NCBI GenBank assembly: GCA_000999315.1
Contig: LCFW01000001.1
Span: 11,637-75,636 of the forward strand
Origin: Candidatus Peregrinibacteria bacterium GW2011_GWF2_43_17
GTDB lineage: Bacteria > Patescibacteriota > Gracilibacteria > UBA1369 > UBA12470
Direction: 5' to 3'
Length of the DNA stretch: 64,000 bases
Shown: in pieces, positions 18,521 to 27,966 of the stretch
Layout of the letters: each line of letters starts with the position of its first letter
How positions within the stretch are numbered: the first letter of the stretch is position 1
Position numbers and translations under genes: made by a program
The notes under the pieces: model-generated
The model's input: the letters and a program-made list of their open reading frames with translations, nothing else
Databases searched by the model: none
Told to the model about the DNA's origin: nothing

Positions 18521-21457
18521 ATGTCGATCATTGGCGGTTTAAATAACAATAAGGGAACGAAAGTATCATATGGGGTGATACTTGTTATTGGTATTTTCGT
18601 CATTTTCTCTTTTGTTGTGCTTGGCGGTAATCGCATATTGCAACTTCCCATTCGGGACTTTTCCGGTGTCGATCATATTCACGTTGTTGCCAGTCCTTTG
18701 ATTTCCGTTTCGGATGGCGAGCATGTTTTTGTAAGGACTTCGGAAGAGTTTAAAGATAATTATTCAGAGATCAGCCTGACCTCTCTAAAATTGAATGTGT
18801 ATGCCCTGGAAGTTTATATTTACGGTGCCGGCGATTCTTTGATCGGTACAACATTCGGGTCGATCATTATTCCCGTTGAAATTTCACCGGTTATGCGAAT
18901 TGTTGCGATAGCCTTGTTTATGATTGTGTTTCTGATTTTTTTGTATAAAAAACCCAAAATCGAGCTGCTTGTTCTCAGGACGGCAATGGTGGGTAGTTTC
19001 ATTATGCTTTGTATGATGCTTATCGTAGTAAAAATCGGCATAACGCCGACTTATTCGAGCGATACCTCTTTCGATGTTGGCGATGTGAATTCTTTACAAT
19101 TCGATGAGTTGGTTGTCGATATGGAGGAGGATATACAGGAGCCGATATCCGAGCCGGTGGAAAGTACGGATATTGTTGAGGAAGTGACGGAAGAAGCGAG
19201 TGAAGAGGTCGAGTTGGATAAAGAAGTTAAACAAGACGAACCAGTGGAAAGCACAGAGATTGTTTCGGATGTTGTTGAGGAAGTGACGGAAGAAGCGAGT
19301 GAAGAGGTCGAACAAGATTTAACTGCCGAGAGTGATGAGGACTGGTTATCGGAAATATCTTTTGAGCAAGATGAACTTGGTGTGTGCCTTGATACGGTTC
19401 TGGAGATGTGGCAAAAAACAGATGCTGTTGATGAGGAGTTATCCTTGGTTGGCAAGTTGCAAAATCATGTAGATAATTTAACGGCATTTTTGTTGAAAGG
19501 GATGTTGATGGTGGACGTCTTGGACGTTAATGGTAAAACATCCAAGCTTGAGAAAAAAATCGAGAAGGTTTTGGCAACCGAAAGCGATGATATAACGGAA
19601 AATGTTGAAGAATCCGATAAAAAAGTTTCGAAACAAAGTGAGGAGGAAAAGTCCGAAGAAAATTCGACCGGAACAGGTTTCTCGGAGAAGGATGTTGAAG
19701 TTTCCGAACAAATTATAGAAGCGGAAGAAGCGAATGAGCTGACGGGAAGTGGCTATGTCGTTGAAGACGCAGAGGAAGATGAATTGACAGGGAGCGGCTA
19801 CGCGGCTGAAATTGTTGAAGAGGTTGAGGAGGAAAAGTCCGAAGAAAATTCGACCGGAACAGGTTTCTCGGAGAAGGATGTTGAAGTTTCCGAACAAATT
19901 ATAGAAGCGGAAGAAACGAATGAGCTGACGGGAAGCGGCTATGTCGTTGAAGACGCAGAGGAAGATGTTTTCGATGTTGACGATTTTCTGGCGGGATATG
20001 ATGGTCCGGAGGAGTTTCTGAGGGGCTTGTTCGGGCTTGAGAATCTCGATGATTGCGCGGCGGTGTTCAATGCCGTCAACGAGCGGTCCGATTACGGCGA
20101 GTTTGTCGGTTGGCTGAACTCTTTTTTGGAGATGGTATCGTCGGATGAAGATATTAAAGAAGATGATATGGAGGATGTCGAAGTTTCAATTTTGGATGTA
20201 AATATTTTGCCGAATCCTGTATTTCTCGATTCGCAATTGAGTGTTGATTATATTCAACTGGATAATGACGTGGATGGTGTTAATTTCGAGTATCAATGGC
20301 AGAAAAAAAACGTTGACGAAGATTCTTATGCGGCGAATTTTTCCAACAAGAAAATGTTTGAAAGTTTGGAACTGAACGGGTCCGATTATTTTTACGATCC
20401 CGAGAAAATTGATATTGGTTTCTCTTTTGATTTTTATGGGCAAACTTATAATGAATTGTATTTATCGAAACAAGGCTTTGCGAGTTTTTCGGAAATACCG
20501 GATGGTTATGTGGCGGATTCCGAAATCGATATGCCGATAATCGCTCCATTCTTGGTTTATGAAGATATTTTTAATTCGAGAGAAACTTATATAGAGGTTC
20601 AAACTATCGGTTCGGAGGGTGAGCGCGAAGTCGTGGTGCAGTGGCATTTTGTTACCGGCGATCTTTGCGAGGAGTTTTTGATGCAATTGCATTTGTATGA
20701 AAAAGACGACTCGATATCGTTCCATTACGAGAAGAGTTTTGATTTCGTTAAGTCTTACGGTGTTTTCGTGGGTCTTAAATATGGTGACCGATTCGAATTT
20801 GTTATCGATGGCGATAAAGTTATTAACAGTTTCCGTTCAATTGTTATAACTCGCGAGTCCGGATTTGAGTTTGAGGATATCGTCGGGCAACAAAGTTCCG
20901 TTTTGACGGAGGTTCTTGCATGCGATTGGGATTACAGGGCCGTCTTGACGCCTTACGGTGACCATATTCATGGTGATACTTTTCATACCGCTTCCGTTAC
21001 TCCGTTGTGTGAAGATTCCGGTGTTGACGAGCCGATTTCGGAAGATGATGTTGCCTGGTACGATTTGAGCGCTGTCCAGTTCAGGACTTATCCCGATGGT
21101 GAGAGGGTTGCCGTTCGGGGCTATGATCAGGTTTTGGGGATCTCGCTTGTCGATGAGATCGGACTTGAAGTGTTTTCCGGCACCAAAAGCTTTTATTTGA
21201 CGGTCGGTTCGTTTATTGGCAGAAATAATGCGGAGAATACGATTGGCGTTGAAAATGTTTCTCTTTATATCGGTGAGGACGAGATTGTTGGAACCATAGA
21301 TGGTGACAATAAATATTTCCAATTCGATCCTCAGCTTGCCATGACGGCTTATAACGAGAATGAAATTGTCAGTTTGAGGATTTTGTTTGATTCCAACAGG
21401 GGTCAAGATATTTACGATATAAATATTAGTTATGGAATCGTTGAGAATGTTCAGTAA
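18521..21457 (+). CDS. Large acidic membrane-anchored surface protein with repeat stalk, NIDO-like/Ig-like region and a probable C-terminal WxL-like domain
   Basis: Three N-terminal hydrophobic segments; duplicated E-rich blocks; IDIGFSFDFYGQTYNELYLSKQGFASF...IIAPF (nidogen-like); C-terminal SFYLTVGSF...IGVENVSL...IYDINISYGIV parallels the 23812 protein. Confidence 0.75.
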   Translation: MSIIGGLNNNKGTKVSYGVILVIGIFVIFSFVVLGGNRILQLPIRDFSGVDHIHVVASPLISVSDGEHVFVRTSEEFKDNYSEISLTSLKLNVYALEVYIYGAGDSLIGTTFGSIIIPVEISPVMRIVAIALFMIVFLIFLYKKPKIELLVLRTAMVGSFIMLCMMLIVVKIGITPTYSSDTSFDVGDVNSLQFDELVVDMEEDIQEPISEPVESTDIVEEVTEEASEEVELDKEVKQDEPVESTEIVSDVVEEVTEEASEEVEQDLTAESDEDWLSEISFEQDELGVCLDTVLEMWQKTDAVDEELSLVGKLQNHVDNLTAFLLKGMLMVDVLDVNGKTSKLEKKIEKVLATESDDITENVEESDKKVSKQSEEEKSEENSTGTGFSEKDVEVSEQIIEAEEANELTGSGYVVEDAEEDELTGSGYAAEIVEEVEEEKSEENSTGTGFSEKDVEVSEQIIEAEETNELTGSGYVVEDAEEDVFDVDDFLAGYDGPEEFLRGLFGLENLDDCAAVFNAVNERSDYGEFVGWLNSFLEMVSSDEDIKEDDMEDVEVSILDVNILPNPVFLDSQLSVDYIQLDNDVDGVNFEYQWQKKNVDEDSYAANFSNKKMFESLELNGSDYFYDPEKIDIGFSFDFYGQTYNELYLSKQGFASFSEIPDGYVADSEIDMPIIAPFLVYEDIFNSRETYIEVQTIGSEGEREVVVQWHFVTGDLCEEFLMQLHLYEKDDSISFHYEKSFDFVKSYGVFVGLKYGDRFEFVIDGDKVINSFRSIVITRESGFEFEDIVGQQSSVLTEVLACDWDYRAVLTPYGDHIHGDTFHTASVTPLCEDSGVDEPISEDDVAWYDLSAVQFRTYPDGERVAVRGYDQVLGISLVDEIGLEVFSGTKSFYLTVGSFIGRNNAENTIGVENVSLYIGEDEIVGTIDGDNKYFQFDPQLAMTAYNENEIVSLRILFDSNRGQDIYDINISYGIVENVQ
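19639..19966 (+). repeat. Intragenic duplication (about 142 bp units, 186 bp period)
   Basis: EEEKSEENSTGTGFSEKDVEVSEQIIEAEExNELTGSGYVVEDAEED occurs twice with near-identical DNA starting at 19639 and 19825. Confidence 0.9.
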
Positions 21458-22754
21458 AAAATTCGGCATAGTACTGATTGTGATTTTTTTGGGAATATTT
21501 CTTGTTGTTGGAGTTGGTCACGATAATTTCTTATTAAAACTGCTTAAAGACGATGTTGCTTTTACCGTTGTCGGTGTCACTCTATCTCCCGATACCACGC
21601 CTCCGGATACTCCTTTGGTATCGGTTTATTCCACATTGTGTGACAGTGTTGCGGGGGAAGTAATTTTAATGATAACAAGCGAATACGATGCCGATATTTA
21701 TATCAATGATCAGTATGTGGATACGGTTGAAGATTCGAATGGTGTTATGTACGCTACTCTTCCCCTGTCCGACGGGCTTAACTATTTTACGATTTACGCG
21801 ATTGATCCCTATGACAACAGGTCCCTTTCCACCGAAATCTTAGTGCAATGCGGTTCCGGTGGCGGTACGAGTGGCGGTACGAGTGGCGGTACGAGTGGCG
21901 GTGGTGCAGGTGGAACCAGGTTTGATGGCGGATCCGACGGTGGTGGTGGCACTGATGATGGTGAACCTGGTGATGGCGGATCCGACGGTGGTGGTGGCAC
22001 TGATGATGGTGAACCTGGTGATGGCGGTACCGACGGTGGTGGTAGTGGCACTGATGATGGTGAACCTGGTGGTGGCGGTACCGACGGTGGTGGTCCTCAA
22101 GAATATCCCGATATATCAGAGCCTTATTTTGGAGATCAAGATTGGGTTTGGGATGAATCAAGCTCGATCTGGTATGATTCGGATTTTATTGAAACGGTTT
22201 ATGATGGTGACGGGAAGGTGTCTTTCGATTGGAGTAAATTTCAATGGCAGGATTACGGATGGTCGTATTCCGGGTGGGAGGAACAAAGCGATGATGTTGC
22301 AGATCCCGTTTTTAGTGTGAACGAATATGTTGCCACTTCAAATTGGGAATTTTACGAGGGAAGTTTCAGTATTTACGGGCATGATCAAGAAAGTGTCGTT
22401 GTACAAGGGGACTTCTTGTTCGGTGATTATGCGTGGCAACAGCAGTATATAGGATTGTCTCCGGGTATGTACGATGTCGCGATTAATCCAAAAGCCGCTC
22501 TTACCGTAATTATAAGAAGTGTGGAAATACGGCAAGATGTTGTCGTTTATAATTTCGGAGATAATTTCGAAGTAGTGCTTGGCGATTTGTATGATGATAA
22601 TGTTATCAATGCTCTTGATATGGCCGTTATGATTGACGAATATCAATCCGAGGGTGATTATATTTCGGATTTAACCGGAGACAGCGTCATCAATTCTCTG
22701 GATTTGGCAATTTTAATTTCCAATTACTATATGCAAGGTGATGATTCTATGTAA
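21447..22754 (+). CDS. Exported protein with Ig-like domain, Gly/Asp-rich repeat linker and C-terminal dockerin
   Basis: N-terminal signal/TM; duplicated Ca-binding loops GDLYDDNVINALDMAVMIDEY and SDLTGDSVINSLDLAILISNY. Confidence 0.85.
   Translation: MFSKKFGIVLIVIFLGIFLVVGVGHDNFLLKLLKDDVAFTVVGVTLSPDTTPPDTPLVSVYSTLCDSVAGEVILMITSEYDADIYINDQYVDTVEDSNGVMYATLPLSDGLNYFTIYAIDPYDNRSLSTEILVQCGSGGGTSGGTSGGTSGGGAGGTRFDGGSDGGGGTDDGEPGDGGSDGGGGTDDGEPGDGGTDGGGSGTDDGEPGGGGTDGGGPQEYPDISEPYFGDQDWVWDESSSIWYDSDFIETVYDGDGKVSFDWSKFQWQDYGWSYSGWEEQSDDVADPVFSVNEYVATSNWEFYEGSFSIYGHDQESVVVQGDFLFGDYAWQQQYIGLSPGMYDVAINPKAALTVIIRSVEIRQDVVVYNFGDNFEVVLGDLYDDNVINALDMAVMIDEYQSEGDYISDLTGDSVINSLDLAILISNYYMQGDDSM
21861..22095 (+). 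repeat. Coding tandem repeats: 12 bp x3 (GGTS) and about 48 bp x3 plus a partial unit (DGGSDGGGGTDDGEPG)
   Basis: ggcggtacgagt x3 from 21861; gatggcggatccgacggtggtggtggcactgatgatggtgaacctggt units from 21924. Confidence 0.9.
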
Positions 22755-22768
22755 ATAATTAAATAAAT

Positions 22769-23815
22769 ATGAAAACAAAAATAATGTCTTTTATCAAGTA
22801 TATGTCGTGGAGGTTGCCGATTGCCATGTTTATTATTGTAAGTTTTGTGCCAAATGCCGCGGCGGCAAGGTTTTATCTTGAGAGTGTTACCGACATGGTT
22901 CAAGGCTGTCCCGCTACGGTTGCCGTCATGATCGATACGGAGAATTCCGATGTTTTGGCGGCCGATATGGCGATTACTTACGATGCCGATGAGCTTATGC
23001 CGAGCGAAATCAGAGTGGGGGATGCTTTACCCATGCAAGTTTTCAATCAAATTACCGGTGATCAAATTCAATTTAGCGCTTCGAGAGAGCCTGTAACCGG
23101 TAGTTTCAACGGCGTTGGGATTTTTGGATATATTGATTTCGTTGCCGGATATGCCGACGGCGGAAATTTTCTTTTTTCATCCGATTTGGAATTCGATAAT
23201 GTTATTGCAAGCTCAAACATCGTGAATGTTATTACGGGAATCGAGAGTATGCTGTTCCAGTTTAGAGATAGGTACAACGTTGACGTGGATGGTGTCGGTT
23301 TTTGTACGGTTGATGCCATTCCTCCGACAGTTTCCCCGATCAGTCCCGCGGATTTGTCGGTCGGCAATGCTCTCGATACGGATGTGGTTTTTTCTTTGGA
23401 GGATGATCGTGTCGGTGTTGATATGGATACATTAAACTTTACCATAGACGGGATTTCTTATGATCGGTTATCGGATCAAGTTAATATAACGGAGGATGAC
23501 GGGGTTTTCCTTGTGGAAGCGAATCCCGATGCGAATTTCGATTTGGGCAAAGATATTGTCGTGAGTGTATATGTTTGCGACAACAATGACGAGCCCGACC
23601 CGAATTGCGTCACCGACAGTTACAGCTTTATTGCCGATAAAGATTTGTTGTCGGAGCCGGTTGCCAAAATTGTTGAATTCGAAAAATTGCACGGAAGTTC
23701 CAATGATTGTTGCGACACCTGCGCGCAAATATTGTTTCCGTGGTGGATATTATTGATATTGCTGGTATTGTTGATTTCGAGTTGGCTTTATATTTTAAAA
23801 CTTAAATCCAAATGA
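22769..23815 (+). CDS. Membrane-anchored cohesin-domain protein with an Ig-like domain
   Basis: Signal peptide ending AAA; cohesin-like pattern TVAVMIDT...AADMAITYDADEL...FNGVGIFGYIDF; C-terminal TM followed by KLKSK. Confidence 0.75.
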   Translation: MKTKIMSFIKYMSWRLPIAMFIIVSFVPNAAAARFYLESVTDMVQGCPATVAVMIDTENSDVLAADMAITYDADELMPSEIRVGDALPMQVFNQITGDQIQFSASREPVTGSFNGVGIFGYIDFVAGYADGGNFLFSSDLEFDNVIASSNIVNVITGIESMLFQFRDRYNVDVDGVGFCTVDAIPPTVSPISPADLSVGNALDTDVVFSLEDDRVGVDMDTLNFTIDGISYDRLSDQVNITEDDGVFLVEANPDANFDLGKDIVVSVYVCDNNDEPDPNCVTDSYSFIADKDLLSEPVAKIVEFEKLHGSSNDCCDTCAQILFPWWILLILLVLLISSWLYILKLKSK

Positions 23816-24354
23816 AAAAGAAGATTTGTTTCATTTGGATTGCGGCTCAAGCTTGTTTATTTGTAACGGTTTTTATCGTTCATGCGCAAACCTGCGTCGG
23901 TGGTGGAGTGCTTTCCATTAATTCCGTACCCGTTTTGGAAAGTTTCGGGTCAGCGAATGTTGACGTATACGATCAGGAATTGATCCATGTCTTTTCCGAT
24001 TTTGTGCAGTTTGAAGATTCCAGAGCCGTCGCGCAAAGTTTTACTCTTTATGTCTCAGTTACGGATTTCGATGCCATATCTGTTGAAAATATTTCTATTA
24101 TAAGCGATGAAGACGATATTATCGATTATAACGCGGAATGCGATAATGTAGAGGGCATTACGCTTCAGCACACTTCGTTTTCTTCATTTGTTGATACGGA
24201 TAACGATGGGGTCTCTGACAATAAGGCGTTGGTTGTTGGTGATGACAGAACAAGAGTTGGCAATTATTCAATAAAACCCAAAATCAAACTTGTTGTTCCT
24301 GGTTCGTTATTGGCCGGTAATTACTCCTCGACTTTAACTTTTTCTATAATTTGA
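23812..24354 (+). CDS. Small secreted WxL-like protein
   Basis: Signal peptide ending VHA; LSINSVP..FG, QFEDSR, C-terminal LVVPGSLLAGNYSSTLTFSII; paralog of 27382-27966. Confidence 0.75.
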   Translation: MKKKICFIWIAAQACLFVTVFIVHAQTCVGGGVLSINSVPVLESFGSANVDVYDQELIHVFSDFVQFEDSRAVAQSFTLYVSVTDFDAISVENISIISDEDDIIDYNAECDNVEGITLQHTSFSSFVDTDNDGVSDNKALVVGDDRTRVGNYSIKPKIKLVVPGSLLAGNYSSTLTFSII

Positions 24355-25042
24355 TTTTTTTCTTGTTGTTTCTTTGATTCATGATCGTTACGAACAATCC
24401 CGCAATGATTATTATAAGCCCCGTTATTATATATTTGTAGTATGAGATTCCCGTTGTATTTGTTTTTGTCGCTTCTTTCATTTCCAATTCTTCCAGGAAC
24501 TGTACGAACTCTTCTTTGTCCACCACTTCGACTTTTACCCGAAGACCGTTTCGTATGACGCTATTGATCGAGGTTCCTCCTTCGCTGTTTTCCGATGCGG
24601 AGATCGCATCACTAACGATAGCGGAAACTCCGCCCCAATATGTTCCGGTTGCGGTACCTTCCGGCAAGGTGAATGTCAATGTGATTGTCCCATATTCTCC
24701 CGGTTCAACGGTTACGGTTTTTGTTGAAAGGACGCCCCATTTTCCTATATGGCTTTGTTCTTTAGTATCGTCGGATAATGCGAAAAACCCATCCACTTCG
24801 GTTGTATTGCTGGCATCGTTTACGGAAACCGCGTATGAGTGGGTTTCCTCCGATAAATTAACGACAAGGAAATCGTCCGATACGGATTCTCCCGGGGCGA
24901 CTTTCAATTCGATATAAGGCGATTCGTTGGTTACAAAATCATCTCTTTGCAGGGAGAATGTTCCCGCCAATGCGATTGGTATTAGCATGCTTAACGATGT
25001 GCCGATTACCAACATTCCGACGAGGATTCGTTTTTTTGACAT
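24344..25042 (-). CDS. DUF916 (WxL-interacting) protein with C-terminal TM
   Basis: PYIELKVAPGESVSDDFLVVN, NDA, HIGKW, FTLPEGTATGTYWGG; signal peptide and C-terminal TM with basic tail. Confidence 0.8.
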   Translation of the reverse strand: MSKKRILVGMLVIGTSLSMLIPIALAGTFSLQRDDFVTNESPYIELKVAPGESVSDDFLVVNLSEETHSYAVSVNDASNTTEVDGFFALSDDTKEQSHIGKWGVLSTKTVTVEPGEYGTITLTFTLPEGTATGTYWGGVSAIVSDAISASENSEGGTSINSVIRNGLRVKVEVVDKEEFVQFLEELEMKEATKTNTTGISYYKYIITGLIIIIAGLFVTIMNQRNNKKKIKL

Positions 25043-25054
25043 GTGAAAAACGGG

Positions 25055-25723
25055 TTAAAGTTTTTTAAAAAGCGATGGTTGTTGCGCGATTACGATAAAG
25101 ATTAATGCGCCGATTGTTATTATTCCCGAATACAGCAAGTATTCCGGTACCTTGTTTCTTCCGATCCATTTATCGTAGTGCTCTATTGTTCGAGGAGTAT
25201 CGGTTACCGTAAGCAGGATTCTTGCTCCCGTTTCCAGCACGGTTACCAATTGCGTACCTTCTTCGTGAGGTACGACGTATGATCCAAACAATGCTCCGTA
25301 ATATTCCTTATGGCTTGTGTTTTCCGGTATATCGATTTCGAAATTAACGGTTGTTTCTTCCTTGGGACCGAGTGTTATGATCGACTCGGATAACATTCCC
25401 CCCCACGAGCCTATATGTTCTTGAGTGTCATCATTGGTTTTCAAGGTGAAGTCTTTCAAGGTTGCTTCTTCCGTGGCGTCCGCAAATCTTAACGTGATTT
25501 CAACCGGCGTATTCTCGTAGTTTTTGATTATGAGGCTGTCCGAGATTTTCTCGCCGGGTTTTGCTTCATAGATGAACCAATAGGGATTCTCGGTATTCGG
25601 GTTGGTCGGTTTCAAGCCGATGCCTCCGGGGTTTCCTCGATCCGCGAAGACGTAAGCCAAAAGGCTTCCTATCAGAATCAATTCGATTATAACCAACAAT
25701 ATCAGTATTTTTTTTAATTTCAT
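25055..25723 (-). CDS. DUF916 (WxL-interacting) protein with C-terminal TM
   Basis: YWFIYEAKPGEKISDSLIIKN, FADA, HIGSW, IPENTSHKEYYGA. Confidence 0.8.
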   Translation of the reverse strand: MKLKKILILLVIIELILIGSLLAYVFADRGNPGGIGLKPTNPNTENPYWFIYEAKPGEKISDSLIIKNYENTPVEITLRFADATEEATLKDFTLKTNDDTQEHIGSWGGMLSESIITLGPKEETTVNFEIDIPENTSHKEYYGALFGSYVVPHEEGTQLVTVLETGARILLTVTDTPRTIEHYDKWIGRNKVPEYLLYSGIITIGALIFIVIAQQPSLFKKL

Positions 25724-25735
25724 TTCAGTTGGTTT

Positions 25736-26896
25736 TTATTTTTTCGACGGTGGTATCAGTACTGTTGTTCCTTTGGGTATTTCGTAAGGCGCTTTGATTT
25801 TATTTATTTTCGCGAGCAGTTTCCAGTCCACATTGTTTGTTTTTGCAAGTTCCAGTACGCTCTCATCTCGCGACACGATTACTCTTTTACAGTTTTTCAC
25901 GAGTGTCTCTTTTTTCCTTTCTCTTCCGTAAAGTATTGCGAATACTATTAGGAACAGTATGAAGCTGACCAGTAGTTCTTTTACGGGTATGATAATGAAG
26001 GTTATTGTTTTCTCCAGTGTTTCTTTTTCCGAACCTTCTTGGTCATCTCCCGACAATTGCGATAACAGTAGGGATTTTTCATATTCGATTTGCGTTGTCG
26101 CTTTGAAATAACCTATTATCGGCGGCGCTTCTTCCCAAAGCAATATGGTCGGTTCTATGGAGCTGTTACCCGGAGTTGCGTTTAAACTTGTTTCTATCGT
26201 TTCCGATGAGAAGATGCTTTCCAAGGTTACCGTTGCATTACTTGCCACTGTTACATTCCCATCGTTTTCCAGCGTGTAAGTCAAATAATGTTGACCGTTA
26301 TCGTTTACGGAATGTTCATAACCGGTCCAGCTAAAGTCCATTATGACATCCCCTTTTACCGTTATATACATTCGCACACCTATGTTGATAACACTTTTCA
26401 CGCTGGCGCCGCCGGACGAGACATCCTCTTCGGTATTTTTCTCGTCGGTTCCCGGACCGATCAAGAATCCGCCCGCGTAATCTCCCGGGCTTGCGTTTTC
26501 GGGTACCGTTAAGGTGAAAGAGCCTTTTACTTTTTCACCCGCATCCACCGTCATTGCGGTGGAGTCGTTAATTGTTATCCATTCTTGAATTCCACCTTCG
26601 CTTATGCCACAACCCAGTAGCGCAAAAGCTCCCTCCGATGTTGTTGTCGCCGTGGAAGGACAGATGATGATGTTTTGCGCGTAATCGGCTCCGTTATAAA
26701 TTTCGAAAGTATCTTCGATTGTTTCTCCCGGATTTAATTCGTATGTAAACCATGAACTGATTTCACGTTCTTTGTCGCTTGTCGGCATGATGCCCATACG
26801 TTCCTGAGCCATTGCCGGCTGACCGGTAATGCAAAATAATATTGTGGCAATCGCTCCCGCGTATGCCAATTTGAAAATTCCTGTCGTCTTTTTCAT
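25736..26896 (-). CDS. DUF916 + DUF3324-like protein with TM and C-terminal LysM-like domain
   Basis: SWFTYELNPGETIEDTFEIYN, VPENASPGDYAGG, LENDGNV, TM, then ESVLELAKTNNVDWKLLAKINKIKAPYEIPKGTTVLIP. Confidence 0.82.
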   Translation of the reverse strand: MKKTTGIFKLAYAGAIATILFCITGQPAMAQERMGIMPTSDKEREISSWFTYELNPGETIEDTFEIYNGADYAQNIIICPSTATTTSEGAFALLGCGISEGGIQEWITINDSTAMTVDAGEKVKGSFTLTVPENASPGDYAGGFLIGPGTDEKNTEEDVSSGGASVKSVINIGVRMYITVKGDVIMDFSWTGYEHSVNDNGQHYLTYTLENDGNVTVASNATVTLESIFSSETIETSLNATPGNSSIEPTILLWEEAPPIIGYFKATTQIEYEKSLLLSQLSGDDQEGSEKETLEKTITFIIIPVKELLVSFILFLIVFAILYGRERKKETLVKNCKRVIVSRDESVLELAKTNNVDWKLLAKINKIKAPYEIPKGTTVLIPPSKK

Positions 26897-26923
26897 TAGT
26901 TTTTGTTTTAAAAAATAAGTTTG

Positions 26924-27214
26924 TTATTCTTCGATTGTTATGCCGATCGTCGTTGTGTCTACGGAAAATCCTTGGCTCACGAACACATCTCCTTGCGATA
27001 TGAAATGTTCGACAGGGGCCGGATCCGTTTCTTCCGCGGATTCATTCGGTATTGCCTCGAAAGGTGGCAGTATGTTGCTTGCAGTTTGCAAGTTTGTTTG
27101 CAAATTGCTTGATGTGGCATCTCCCGATTTTCCCTGCGTGTTGATCTCCACGGTTATTATGGCTACGAAAGCCAAAGCGGAAACGAGAGCCGCGATAAGG
27201 GCTGTTCTGATCAT
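26924..27214 (-). CDS. Small membrane-anchored hypothetical protein heading the DUF916 operon
   Basis: ATG ORF with N-terminal hydrophobic helix, 27 nt upstream of the 26896 gene. Confidence 0.6.
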   Translation of the reverse strand: MIRTALIAALVSALAFVAIITVEINTQGKSGDATSSNLQTNLQTASNILPPFEAIPNESAEETDPAPVEHFISQGDVFVSQGFSVDTTTIGITIEE

Positions 27215-27276
27215 GTTTTATATGGTTAATTGATTAACGGTTGTATGATAACGGGTTCCGTTTTTGTTTTCAAGTT

Positions 27277-27300
27277 GAAATCACATTTTTCAGAAGTTCC
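27277..27300. mobile_element. Solo terminal remnant of the tilS MITE family
   Basis: gaaatcacatttttcagaagttcc is 22/24 identical to the reverse complement of 39040-39063; followed by TTAA. Confidence 0.65.
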
Positions 27301-27306
27301 TTAAAC

Positions 27307-27338
27307 AAAAAAACCTCTCCGTCAAGTGAAGAGGTTTT
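27307..27338 (-). terminator. Rho-independent terminator of the 27966-27382 gene
   Basis: Stem aaaacctct/agaggtttt with a U-tract on the minus strand. Confidence 0.7.
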
Positions 27339-27381
27339 ATTATGTTTCTTGCGAGCAAGTTTGTCTCAACTTTTCTTGAAC

Positions 27382-27966
27382 TTAAGATATGGAGTAAGTA
27401 ATGGTTGACGTATATGTTCCCGCCGCTTGTGAGCCCGGGATTGTCACGTCTATGGTTGGTGTGAACGTGCATGTGTCAACACGTACTACCGAAGTGTCTG
27501 CGGAGACTAAAGATTTGGCATCCGAGATTTCGCCTGTACCGGAGAACATTGCTACGGTGTTGTTTACTGTTACACCTGCAGTGCAGCCAGAGGATCCGAC
27601 GGCTGTAAGAGTGGCATCGTTGTCACCGGACATTTCGAATTGTTGGTATGGGAAGTAATTCACCCCTGATGTGAAGTACTGAGCTGTGGCCACTAGAGAG
27701 TATCCGGCATTTGTAGATCTGAGATCTGAGAATTGTACCGGAGTGCTGAATGTTACGTCCCCAAGATCTTGAGAGCTGGTTGAAACGCTTGTGCCTGTGA
27801 AGTTAACGCTTGCAGGTACAGAATCGATCGTCAGTCCGGATATGCCTGAGATGACAACACTACTTGTCGTTTGCCCCGTTGTTGATGCGAAAGCGAAAGC
27901 GAAAAGCGTAACGTTTGCCATCAATGCGGCAACGATAACGAGGCCGCATAGTTTTTTGTTTTTCAT
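27382..27966 (-). CDS. Small secreted WxL-like protein (probable major subunit)
   Basis: Signal peptide ending AFA; LTIDSVPASVNF, VQFSDLRSTNAGYSLVAT, C-terminal VTIPGSQAAGTYTSTITYSIS. Confidence 0.8.
   Translation of the reverse strand: MKNKKLCGLVIVAALMANVTLFAFAFASTTGQTTSSVVISGISGLTIDSVPASVNFTGTSVSTSSQDLGDVTFSTPVQFSDLRSTNAGYSLVATAQYFTSGVNYFPYQQFEMSGDNDATLTAVGSSGCTAGVTVNNTVAMFSGTGEISDAKSLVSADTSVVRVDTCTFTPTIDVTIPGSQAAGTYTSTITYSIS

Noticed and set aside
21861-22095. Possible CRISPR-like repeat array
   Set aside because: Repeats are contiguous, in frame, lack unique spacers, and no cas genes are present
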